From Sphingobacteriales bacterium (lineage in GTDB: Bacteria > Bacteroidota > Bacteroidia > Chitinophagales > JADIYW01), in contig JADKIQ010000009.1 in the NCBI GenBank assembly GCA_016721245.1, forward strand, positions 102,733 to 166,732: a stretch of 64,000 nucleotides of DNA. Reading direction: 5' to 3'. Under the pieces are notes generated by a model. It searched no databases, was not told the origin of the DNA, and was given only the letters and a program-made list of their open reading frames with translations. Numbering within the stretch: position 1 is the stretch's first letter; the number at the start of each line of letters is the position of its first letter. Shown piece by piece: positions 19,677-27,988 of this stretch. The translations under genes and the position numbers were made by a program.

Positions 19677-19732
19677 TTCCGAAGGTTCGGAATTTGAAAA
19701 ATCAAATTACCTTTGATTCCGAAGATTCGGAA
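19677..19732. promoter_or_regulatory. twin palindromes TTCCGAA-NN-TTCGGAA in the nadA leader
   Basis: Palindromes at 19677-19692 (TTCCGAAGGTTCGGAA) and 19717-19732 (TTCCGAAGATTCGGAA), with a third palindrome AATTTGaaaaaTCAAATT between them. They end 23 nt before the nadA ATG. Confidence 0.6.
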
Positions 19733-19755
19733 CTAACAAAGAAAAAATTTCCAAA

Positions 19756-20775
19756 ATGGCGGCAATACTCGATTTGAAAGAAAAAATTTCCCGGCTGGCG
19801 CAAGTGGGATTCCTCGATGTGGATATCGACCCTACGCTGGATTTATTTGCGGAAATTGAAAAATTGAAAAAAGAAAAAAATGCCATTTTACTGGCGCATT
19901 ACTACCAGGAAGCTGATATTCAGGATATTGCCGATTTTATTGGCGACAGTCTGCAGCTGGCCCAAAAAGCGCAAAGCACTACTGCCGATATTATTCTCTT
20001 TGCCGGTGTGCATTTCATGGCCGAAACCGCCAAAATCCTCAACCCCACGAAAAAAGTCATCCTTCCCGACCTGAATGCGGGCTGCTCACTGGCAGACAGC
20101 TGTCCTCCGGAAGAATTTGCCGCTTTCAAAAAAAATTTCCCCGGCTACGCCGTTATTTCGTATATCAACTGCACGGCCGAAATTAAGGCGCTGAGCGATT
20201 ATATCTGCACCAGCTCCAACGCGGAATTTATCGTGAACTCGATTCCCAAAGACCGCGGTATTATTTTTGCTCCCGACAAAAATCTGGGCGGCTATCTGGC
20301 GAAAAAACTGAACCGCGAAATGGTCTTGTGGGATGGCTCCTGTATGGTACACGAAATTTTTTCACTGGAGAAAATCCGTAAACTGAAAGAAAAACATCCG
20401 GCCGCCAAAATGATTGCGCACCCGGAATGCGAAGCCGCCGTACTGGAACTGGCCGATTACATTGGCTCCACCACCGGCTTGCTGAAATATACCCAAACCG
20501 ACGACGCACAGGAATACATCGTGGCCACGGAGACCGGCATCCTGCACAAGATGCAGCAGGCGTCTCCGCACAAAACCTTCATTCCTGCGCCGCCCAACAA
20601 TGGCTGTGCCTGCAACGACTGTCCGCACATGAAGCTCAACACCCTGGAAAAAATTTACCTGTGTCTGAAATACGAACTGCCGGAACTGCTGATGGACGAA
20701 GAGCTCCGCATCAAAGCCAAAGTTCCGATTGACCGAATGCTGGAAATTTCCGCTGCCGCAGGATTGAAGGGATAA
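19756..20775 (+). CDS. nadA: quinolinate synthase
   Basis: 339 aa with NadA-type blocks ([31 protein letters not shown]). Confidence 0.9.
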   Translation: MAAILDLKEKISRLAQVGFLDVDIDPTLDLFAEIEKLKKEKNAILLAHYYQEADIQDIADFIGDSLQLAQKAQSTTADIILFAGVHFMAETAKILNPTKKVILPDLNAGCSLADSCPPEEFAAFKKNFPGYAVISYINCTAEIKALSDYICTSSNAEFIVNSIPKDRGIIFAPDKNLGGYLAKKLNREMVLWDGSCMVHEIFSLEKIRKLKEKHPAAKMIAHPECEAAVLELADYIGSTTGLLKYTQTDDAQEYIVATETGILHKMQQASPHKTFIPAPPNNGCACNDCPHMKLNTLEKIYLCLKYELPELLMDEELRIKAKVPIDRMLEISAAAGLKG

Positions 20776-20806
20776 ATAGCTACACACAAGACGCTTGCTT
20801 ATATTT

Positions 20807-21556
20807 ATGAAAATTGATTTACTACGGAACTTGTTTCCACTATTATTTCTGCTGCTTCAGGGCTGTACGAATACCGCTGAGAAAAATACAAACACGAACA
20901 AGCAGGAAACAACTGCAACCGAAGTTCAAATTTCCGAGACAATCATTGCGCCCGAACATAAACAACACCAGGCTGACTTTGTACCACAAGGCTACAACAT
21001 TTTCGAGGAAATAAACGGCGACCTCAATAAAGACGGTATAGCCGACAAAATTCTTATCATCAAAGGCACCAGCAAAGATGAATTTTTTAAGGATGAGTAC
21101 CGCGGAGAACTCGACAGAAACCGCCGGGGTATTCTAATTCTGTTTAAGAAAAAGGAGGGCTATGATCTGGCCGCAAAAAACTACGATTGTTTCTCCTCGG
21201 AGAATGAAGACGGCGGCGTTTATTATGCACCCGAATTATCTGTAACTGCGGAAAAAGGAAAGCTCTGCATTCATTACGCCCACGGCAGATATGGTTACTG
21301 GACCTACACCTTCCGGTTCAAAAATTCCGATTTTGAACTGATAGGCTATGACTCCAGTAATAATAACGGCCCGGAAGTGAACAGCGAAACGAGCATTAAT
21401 TTCCTGACGAAAAAGAAATTAATAAGGCGGAATACACAGGAAGACGACAAAGACGGAGAAGCGGTATTTGAAGAAACCTGGGAAGATATAAAACTGGACA
21501 AGCCCTATAAATTATCAGAAATAAAAGACTTCGACGAATTAGAGGTAACGGAGTAA
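20807..21556 (+). CDS. hypothetical lipoprotein
   Basis: The ATG at 20807 gives MKIDLLRNLFPLLFLLLQGC (lipobox). A GDLNKDGIAD FG-GAP-like segment is present. No family recognised. Confidence 0.55.
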   Translation: MKIDLLRNLFPLLFLLLQGCTNTAEKNTNTNKQETTATEVQISETIIAPEHKQHQADFVPQGYNIFEEINGDLNKDGIADKILIIKGTSKDEFFKDEYRGELDRNRRGILILFKKKEGYDLAAKNYDCFSSENEDGGVYYAPELSVTAEKGKLCIHYAHGRYGYWTYTFRFKNSDFELIGYDSSNNNGPEVNSETSINFLTKKKLIRRNTQEDDKDGEAVFEETWEDIKLDKPYKLSEIKDFDELEVTE

Positions 21557-21797
21557 TTTGATAAAGTTATTTAAAAGACAAAAAAATCTTGTGGAAATGT
21601 CGTAGAAACAGTTTCAGAACATTTTGCCGACCTCAGCAAAATGGTAATTTTTAGATTTTAAACAGAATAAATTTATTTACGAATCAACAATGTTGCATAA
21701 ATCCATAGAATTTCCTTCGGATTGCAGCCTATTTTTATATAAGAGTTGCGTATATTTGATGAGTTAGCGGCAAGTTTAACGCATCACATAGACGACA

Positions 21798-22601
21798 ATG
21801 TTTACGACAAAGAGAATTAAAATAAAAAGCAACGATATTTACATCAGTAAGCATGGACTATTTGGACAAAAAACTGAAGAGTATTTGGGTGTATTAAGTT
21901 TCGACAATCCGACACCGACAATAAAAGTTTTTGAGAATAGCACATTGCTAAAGACTTTCAATATCGAAACGCTGACAACAAACTCTAATCTCACTGGACA
22001 ATACTTTCATATTTCGGTTAGGCTTTTAGAAAATGATGGTGTAATGATTGATGGCATCATTTCCAAGCATAATGACAAGCATCAATACTGGCAGGACAGC
22101 GACTATGAAGCAATAAGATTTCAACCTTTCTTTTTGACTACAGCCGACCTTGCGACAAGTCAGCGAATAATTGGTAAAGGAGTTTTTGAAAGAGGACTGC
22201 ATTATTCAGGGACAATAACACCGACAACAGTTCGTGTAATTTGTATTTGCGACAACTGCAATAAAAGTTTTACCGTTCAACATTTTCACGGTGGCTTTTC
22301 AGACAGTCAATATTTTTACTCGACCGACAGCAAACAGACATTGATTGTGCCTTACAACAAAATCAAAAACTTACCGACACATCTACAAAAAGAGGTTGAC
22401 GAAAAAATAATTGCACAAGTAGAAGCAGAACTTCCAAAGCCGACAAAGGGAAAAGGGAACTACCGTTATTACAATTCTTTTTGTTGTCCTCATTGTTTAA
22501 GTCCTTATATTGACTTTCAAAAAAATAAACAAATTAGACCGACAGAATATTATGGACTAAAATATATTAACGACAAATTCTACACACTTGATGAGCATTG
22601 A
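21798..22601 (+). CDS. hypothetical protein with a putative CxxC...CxxC zinc-ribbon
   Basis: 267-aa ORF with CDNC (ICICDNCNKSF) and CPHC (FCCPHCLSPY) pairs. No family recognised. Confidence 0.5.
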   Translation: MFTTKRIKIKSNDIYISKHGLFGQKTEEYLGVLSFDNPTPTIKVFENSTLLKTFNIETLTTNSNLTGQYFHISVRLLENDGVMIDGIISKHNDKHQYWQDSDYEAIRFQPFFLTTADLATSQRIIGKGVFERGLHYSGTITPTTVRVICICDNCNKSFTVQHFHGGFSDSQYFYSTDSKQTLIVPYNKIKNLPTHLQKEVDEKIIAQVEAELPKPTKGKGNYRYYNSFCCPHCLSPYIDFQKNKQIRPTEYYGLKYINDKFYTLDEH

Positions 22602-22757
22602 CATCATAGGACGAGAAAGAAAACCAGCCGCTAACAAAAAATTGGCAATAGTTGTGGTAGATTTGGTAAATTAAGATTTGTGCAATAAATTTAATTTGTA
22701 AATAAGTGATAGTTGGTGATAAACACGCACAACCATCGCCAATTTTCAACCGTTAAA

Positions 22758-22998
22758 AAATAAAAAAGAGCAGCTGACGCTGCTCTGTGGGTTTTTGTGT
22801 TTCTAGAAGGGGGGATTTTTTTGTTTCCAGAATTCAGGGTTGGGTTTTTTGTTTCGTTTCTTTGGGTTGTTTTTATGTTTCTAAACTTTGGGTCGGGTTT
22901 CAATGTTTCCAGCCTTTCGCTGTTTGATAATGTAAAGATGCAGCAAAACCAGCTCAAAATAAATTAAGCAGAAACGTAATATGTGACATGCTTATTTT
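22758..22998. repeat. ~235-bp direct repeat, copy 1 (terminator hairpin plus TGTTTC periodic array)
   Basis: Nearly identical to 23884-24115. Hairpin GAGCAGC-tgac-GCTGCTC at 22768-22785. TGTTTC starts at 22798, 22822, 22850, 22876 and 22904. Confidence 0.9.
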
Positions 22999-23061
22999 TC
23001 TATAAATTTTCCGCTGCGATTTCTCAATTATACGTAAGTTTGAATACATCAATTATCAGCA

Positions 23062-23856
23062 ATGCCTACCATAAAAATCAACAACTGCAATTATTATTAC
23101 GAAGTGCATGGCGAAGGCCCTGAAACCATTGTGTTTTCGCATGGTTTGCTGTGGAGCGGTTATTTGTTTCACAAACAGGTGGCGTATTTTAAAAACCGTT
23201 ACAGAGTCATCACCTACGATCACCGCGGACAGGGAAAATCGGAAGTAACAAAAACCGGTTATGATATGGATAGTCTCTACGAAGACGTGGCTTTGCTGAT
23301 AGAACATTTGCAGTTGGGTCCTGTACATTTTGCAGGGCTTTCCATGGGTGGTTTTGTAGCCATGCGTTTGGCAGCGCGCCGGCCGGATTTGCTGAAGTCG
23401 CTGATTTTAATGGAAACTTCCGCGCAACCGGAACCCAATACGCTGAAGTATACGTTTCTCACTTCTGTGGTGAAACTGCTGGGCGTGGGCGTGGTGGCAA
23501 AGCCGGTGATGAAAATAATGTTCGGCGATACTTTTTTGCAGGATGCCAGCAGAAAAATTGAAGAGATTGAATTTGAAACGGAACTTAAGAAAAATAAAAA
23601 AACGATTGTAAAAGCTGTGGAGGGCGTGATTCGCAGAAAAGGAATTGAAAACGAATTGGTAAATATAAAATGTCCTACGCTGATTATGGTGGGCGACCAG
23701 GATAAAGCCACCGTACCGGCAAAGGCAGAATTTATTCATCAGCATATTCCGCAATCCATACTCGTTTATATTATCAACGCCGGACATTCATCCAGTATTG
23801 AAGAGCCGGAACAGGTCAACAAAGCCATGGATGATTTTTTGAGAAATCCGTCCTGA
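23062..23856 (+). CDS. alpha/beta hydrolase (enol-lactonase / haloperoxidase-like)
   Basis: 264 aa. HGLLWSG oxyanion region, nucleophile elbow GLSMGG, and a C-terminal GHSSSIEEPE block. Confidence 0.8.
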   Translation: MPTIKINNCNYYYEVHGEGPETIVFSHGLLWSGYLFHKQVAYFKNRYRVITYDHRGQGKSEVTKTGYDMDSLYEDVALLIEHLQLGPVHFAGLSMGGFVAMRLAARRPDLLKSLILMETSAQPEPNTLKYTFLTSVVKLLGVGVVAKPVMKIMFGDTFLQDASRKIEEIEFETELKKNKKTIVKAVEGVIRRKGIENELVNIKCPTLIMVGDQDKATVPAKAEFIHQHIPQSILVYIINAGHSSSIEEPEQVNKAMDDFLRNPS

Positions 23857-23883
23857 TTTATTTTTAATAAGATAAATAAAAAA

Positions 23884-24115
23884 GAGCAGCTGACGCTGCT
23901 CTGTTGGTTTTTGTGTTTCTAGAAGGGGGGAGTTTTTTTGTTTCCAGAATTCAGGGTTGGGTTTTTTGTTTCGTTTCTTTGGGTTGTTTTTATGTTTCTA
24001 AACTTAGGGTCGGGTTTCAATGTTTCCAGCCTTTCGCTGTTTGATAATGTAAAGATGCAGCAAAACCCGTTCAATATAAATTAAGCAGAAACGCCATATG
24101 TGACATGCTTATTTT
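23884..24115. repeat. ~235-bp direct repeat, copy 2
   Basis: Aligns with 22758-22998 with about 9 differences by eye. It has the same hairpin and the same TGTTTC array. Confidence 0.9.
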
Positions 24116-24171
24116 CAATGATTAAAACAAGCCGAATTATCTTAATTCGAAAAAAAATAGTATGTTGAGAT

Positions 24172-24540
24172 ATGATAAAAGGCATCAGTATAACTGTGAT
24201 CATTGACGAAGTAAAAAATGAAGACAGTGTAACAGTGATAAAAGAGGCATTGTTAGAGGCATTGCCAAAAGAAACTCATTTTAAATCTGCAGAAAAATAT
24301 ACCAAGTTTGAAGATGCTTATAAACTGGAATTTGATATCGCAATTAAAGAGAGTATGCCTAAAGAAAAACTGACTTATCAGTTGCTGGTACTTACGGATT
24401 GCATTTCAAGACCATGGTCTGTTTACTTCGACAAGGAAGGTGATAATACAGAACTTATTTTTAACAGAGACAACAATACCAACTTCACTCAGCCTGTTTT
24501 TTCGCATATTCGCTGGGCACACATTCAATTGATTTATTAA
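24172..24540 (+). CDS. hypothetical protein
   Basis: 122-aa ORF. No signal peptide or family recognised. Confidence 0.4.
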   Translation: MIKGISITVIIDEVKNEDSVTVIKEALLEALPKETHFKSAEKYTKFEDAYKLEFDIAIKESMPKEKLTYQLLVLTDCISRPWSVYFDKEGDNTELIFNRDNNTNFTQPVFSHIRWAHIQLIY

Positions 24541-24633
24541 AACCATTTTACATCTCTTCTTGCTGCGTTTTTTATTTAAACACTACAACCATTTCCATCT
24601 TTTGTGTGTTACTCATTTTGTAACAGAAAAGAA

Positions 24634-25098
24634 ATGGAAAAAATAGCAGGTCTTATACAACAACTTGAAAAACACATTTCTAATGCAGCACTCATAAACC
24701 CTATTATTTCCGCCTCTTCTGTCGGATGGCAAATTGAACACAGTCTGCTAACGATTAACCGGATTATCGATCAGCTGAAAAAATCAGATCCCAATAAATA
24801 TAGCTGGAAATTCAGTATCGGCAGACTGATTATTCTGACCACCCAAAAAATTCCCAGAGGTAGAGCACAGGCACCAAAGATTGTTCAACCTAAAGATGAT
24901 ATCAGTTTCGAATGTCTGAATGCTTCTATTGAAACAGCTAAAGAAAGCATTCAATTGTTAACTACATTAAACAGAAATCATTATTTTGAACATCCGTATT
25001 TTGGTAAACTGAATGTAAAGCCTGCTATGCAGTTTTTGCAGATTCATACCCAACATCATCTCGCCATCATTGATGATATTGTTAGATCTACTAAATAA
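24634..25098 (+). CDS. DinB-superfamily protein (DUF1569-like)
   Basis: The ATG at 24634 (MEKIAGLIQQ). WQIEHSLL, HPYFGKL and HTQHHL blocks are typical of the four-helix DinB-like fold. Confidence 0.6.
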   Translation: MEKIAGLIQQLEKHISNAALINPIISASSVGWQIEHSLLTINRIIDQLKKSDPNKYSWKFSIGRLIILTTQKIPRGRAQAPKIVQPKDDISFECLNASIETAKESIQLLTTLNRNHYFEHPYFGKLNVKPAMQFLQIHTQHHLAIIDDIVRSTK

Positions 25099-25176
25099 AA
25101 AATAATCGTTTCAGTGGTTTCGGTTTAGCAACAATATCTTCACCTTTTAACTCTTTTCTTTTGCTTAAATTCGTGA

Positions 25177-25836
25177 GTGTCAACACCTGTAACTTATTTC
25201 ATAGGCGGTATTGCATCCGACGAGCGCATTTTCAAACATCAGATGGTGGCGGTAGAAAATGCCGTGTACCTGCCGTTTCCAAAACACGATAAACACGATA
25301 CAATGGAAACCTACGTGAAGAAATTCATTCCGTTCATCGATACAACAAAAGCGTTTAATCTCGTTGGAAACTCCATGGGCGGCATTATGGTGATGGAATT
25401 GATTAAACACGTGCAGCCGCAAAAAGTAGTGTTGATTTCATCTGTAAAAAGCCGGAATGAAATGCCCTTTATTTTAACGCATATGAAATATACCAATGCC
25501 CACAAACTGTTGCCGGGTAAGGGTTTTATCGGCTTCATACAGTTCGGAAGTTTATTTAAAAACGAAATATTGAAAGTGCCCGGTATGCGTCGGCTGGCCG
25601 TAAGTATGGCGAAAAGTAACGACCCGGATTTTTTATACTGGTGTGTGAATGCCATTATAAAATGGAACGGAAAAGAAGATTACCGCAAAGATATCATTCA
25701 TATACACGGCACGAAAGATGAAATGTTCCCGTACCGCAATATAAAAAATGCGATACCCGTGCAGGGCGGCACCCATTCTATGCTGCTGATTCATCATAAG
25801 GAAGTGAATCAGCTGCTGGCTGAAAGTTTGAAATAA
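25177..25836 (+). CDS. alpha/beta hydrolase
   Basis: 219 aa, GTG start, nucleophile elbow GNSMGG, and a late HGTKDEMFP / GGTHSML block. Confidence 0.7.
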   Translation: MSTPVTYFIGGIASDERIFKHQMVAVENAVYLPFPKHDKHDTMETYVKKFIPFIDTTKAFNLVGNSMGGIMVMELIKHVQPQKVVLISSVKSRNEMPFILTHMKYTNAHKLLPGKGFIGFIQFGSLFKNEILKVPGMRRLAVSMAKSNDPDFLYWCVNAIIKWNGKEDYRKDIIHIHGTKDEMFPYRNIKNAIPVQGGTHSMLLIHHKEVNQLLAESLK

Positions 25837-25837
25837 A

Positions 25838-26140
25838 TCAGTAAGTAGAGAACACGATAATCACACCGACCAGAATTAAAATACTCATGCCGGTAAAAAA
25901 TAATAAATCGGCAAATTTTTCCAGACGTTTGTTTTTGTCGCTTCTTAAAGTGAGATAGGAAAAGAAAGCCGCGAAAATAAAAAAGAACGTATCGATTCCT
26001 AAAATTTCATCGGCATATGTTTTAAGGCTGGTGTTCATCACTTTAAATAAAGCAATCACCGTAATACAAACACCAATCATAGTGGTGGAACCCGAAAACA
26101 CATAATGTGCAATTTCTTTATTTTCGTTTTGAGGACTCAT
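25838..26140 (-). CDS. small membrane protein
   Basis: About 100 aa with three hydrophobic segments. The ATG at 26140 is preferred. No family recognised. Confidence 0.4.
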   Translation of the reverse strand: MSPQNENKEIAHYVFSGSTTMIGVCITVIALFKVMNTSLKTYADEILGIDTFFFIFAAFFSYLTLRSDKNKRLEKFADLLFFTGMSILILVGVIIVFSTY

Positions 26141-26197
26141 TTTTATATAGAATAACAAAATCCATTCCCAATACCACTACGCAAAAAATAAAAAATG

Positions 26198-27220
26198 TTA
26201 ATCTTCATTCCGGGTTTCTGCAAATTCACTTACATAAATTCGAGCCATTAATAATAAATAAGACACCAGCAGTGGACCGAAAATCAATCCGATAAAACCG
26301 AATAGTTTTAATCCGGTGATAACGCCAAACAGTGTAATGAGCGGATGAATATCGGCAAAGGCCTTTAATAAAAATAAACGCAAAACATTGTCCACATTCA
26401 ATACGACAATGGCACAATAAGCGGCAAGCCCCATGGCACCACCCGGATTTCCACCGGCATATAAATACACCACTAAAGGTATCCAGATTAATCCGGAGCC
26501 GACAAAAGGAATCACCGAACACACGCAGGTAACAAAGCCCCACAACATCGGATCTTTGATTCCGAAAATTAAATAACCGATATAAGCGCAAAGACCCTGT
26601 GCAATTGCCAGCACGGGAATTCCGATTGCATAGGACGTAACAATATTTTTTGTTTCAGAAGAGACTTTTTGTTTATTTTCCGGTTTCAGCGGAATGTGCT
26701 TCAGCATAGAAGATTCTATTTTCTGTGCATTACTCAGCATAAAAAACAACACAAAAAACATAGTGCTTAAATTGATAAACAAATTTGCAGCAGTGCTTAA
26801 AAAATCGGGTAAATAGGAAGAGACAATACCCGGGATATTGCTGATGTTTTTTTCTGATAATAATTCAATACCTGTTGCTGTTGTAATCCGTTCGATAATT
26901 TCTTTTACACCCTGAAATAAATCCTGCGCGTTGTCGGTAAAATTCTGAAGTTTAGGCACCACAAAAATAGTGGCCAGTCCGAAAGGAATGGATAAAATAA
27001 TCGCATCTATTAAAATCAATGAAACAGTAGCCAGATAACGGTTCCATCTTTTTTGATAGATTAGATGAAATAAGAATCTACGATTTAGTACATACAGCGT
27101 AACCGCACCCAGCAAGCCCGGAATCAAAAAATTAATTTGTAAAAAAATTAAAACACCCAGCGCCAGCAGGATAAGGAAAAAGATAATCTGGCGGAACCGT
27201 TCGTTAAATGTGTTTTGCAT
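26198..27220 (-). CDS. AI-2E family transporter (PerM/UPF0118)
   Basis: 340 aa, polytopic. The C-terminal block SVIPFVGSGLIWIPL...LFGFIGLIFGPLL is typical of the family. Lies 2 bp downstream of the TetR gene. Confidence 0.75.
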   Translation of the reverse strand: MQNTFNERFRQIIFFLILLALGVLIFLQINFLIPGLLGAVTLYVLNRRFLFHLIYQKRWNRYLATVSLILIDAIILSIPFGLATIFVVPKLQNFTDNAQDLFQGVKEIIERITTATGIELLSEKNISNIPGIVSSYLPDFLSTAANLFINLSTMFFVLFFMLSNAQKIESSMLKHIPLKPENKQKVSSETKNIVTSYAIGIPVLAIAQGLCAYIGYLIFGIKDPMLWGFVTCVCSVIPFVGSGLIWIPLVVYLYAGGNPGGAMGLAAYCAIVVLNVDNVLRLFLLKAFADIHPLITLFGVITGLKLFGFIGLIFGPLLVSYLLLMARIYVSEFAETRNED

Positions 27221-27222
27221 AC

Positions 27223-27903
27223 TTATTTTTTGTCGAGTACAGAAAAAACAAAGTTATCTAAATATTGGGCAACATATTTATTATTATTCAGATTTCCCTT
27301 TTTATCGGTTAACCTCGGCAGGTTTTCCGCAAAAAAGTGCTGCAGGTGAGCCATTTCAATTAAAGTACTCGCCAGAGAGTGGTGATATTTGTATTTGGCA
27401 TTATAGCTTTTAAAAATTTCTGCTATGGTGTTGCACAAGTCCTTGTATGCTTTAAAAAACTGTTTATCGTTGTCTTCTTTAACAGACTTGGTCATATATA
27501 CTTTATTGCCTTCCGTAATAATAATCCGGTATAAAGCCGCGACATCGATACCTTCGTATTTTAGTTTTCCTTCCGCGCTTTCCATTAAAATCTGAATAAT
27601 TCTGTTGATTTTACTTTTGTCGTCTTTCAAATTCTGAGTGTAAAAAAAAATCTGAAACTCTATCAGTAGCCAGTATAAATTGATGACATACAGCAATAAA
27701 AGATGTTTGTTTTCGAAATACCGGTAAACGGTAGCTTCGGTGGTATTGATACGGTTGGCCAGCTTCTTAAAGGTAAAATGTTCGTTTCCCAGGTCAGCCA
27801 TCATAAGGATACTTTCTCTTATAATAGCCTTGCCTACTGTTGTTGATTGCGGATTTTTCAGGTATAAACCTTCATTGATTGTACTGTTAAACTGAAGCTC
27901 CAT
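27223..27903 (-). CDS. TetR/AcrR family transcriptional regulator
   Basis: N-terminal HTH FTFKKLANRINTTEATVYRYFENKHLLL. Confidence 0.8.
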   Translation of the reverse strand: MELQFNSTINEGLYLKNPQSTTVGKAIIRESILMMADLGNEHFTFKKLANRINTTEATVYRYFENKHLLLLYVINLYWLLIEFQIFFYTQNLKDDKSKINRIIQILMESAEGKLKYEGIDVAALYRIIITEGNKVYMTKSVKEDNDKQFFKAYKDLCNTIAEIFKSYNAKYKYHHSLASTLIEMAHLQHFFAENLPRLTDKKGNLNNNKYVAQYLDNFVFSVLDKK

Positions 27904-27963
27904 ACTACAATATTACAAAAAAAAGTAACACTCGGGAACTTTATTGTAAAACTATTGTTTATG

Positions 27964-27988
27964 ATAGTAATACTATTACAAATAGTAT
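27964..27988. promoter_or_regulatory. candidate TetR operator, site 1 (ATAGTAaTACTAT + TACAAATAGTAT)
   Basis: 13-bp palindrome at 27964-27976 in the divergent tetR / ABC intergenic region. The same block recurs at 32577-32602. Confidence 0.55.

Noticed and set aside
19880-20787. A cluster of overlapping ORFs of 60 aa or more on both strands inside nadA. Similar clusters occur at 23056-23787, 25180-25655, 26226-26591, 40653-41077 and 51019-52709.
   Set aside because: They are stop-codon-poor alternative frames of locally GC-rich genes whose main frames have clear homology (NadA, hydrolases, AI-2E, GH13, PepF). Nothing supports overlapping genes.
22758-24115. The repeat pair as a DGR template/variable repeat, or as integron attC sites.
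   Set aside because: Mismatches between the copies are not adenine-specific (G/T, T/A, A/C, T/C). No reverse transcriptase or integrase is nearby, and I cannot find R''/R' (RYYYAAC / GTTRRRY) cores at the ends.
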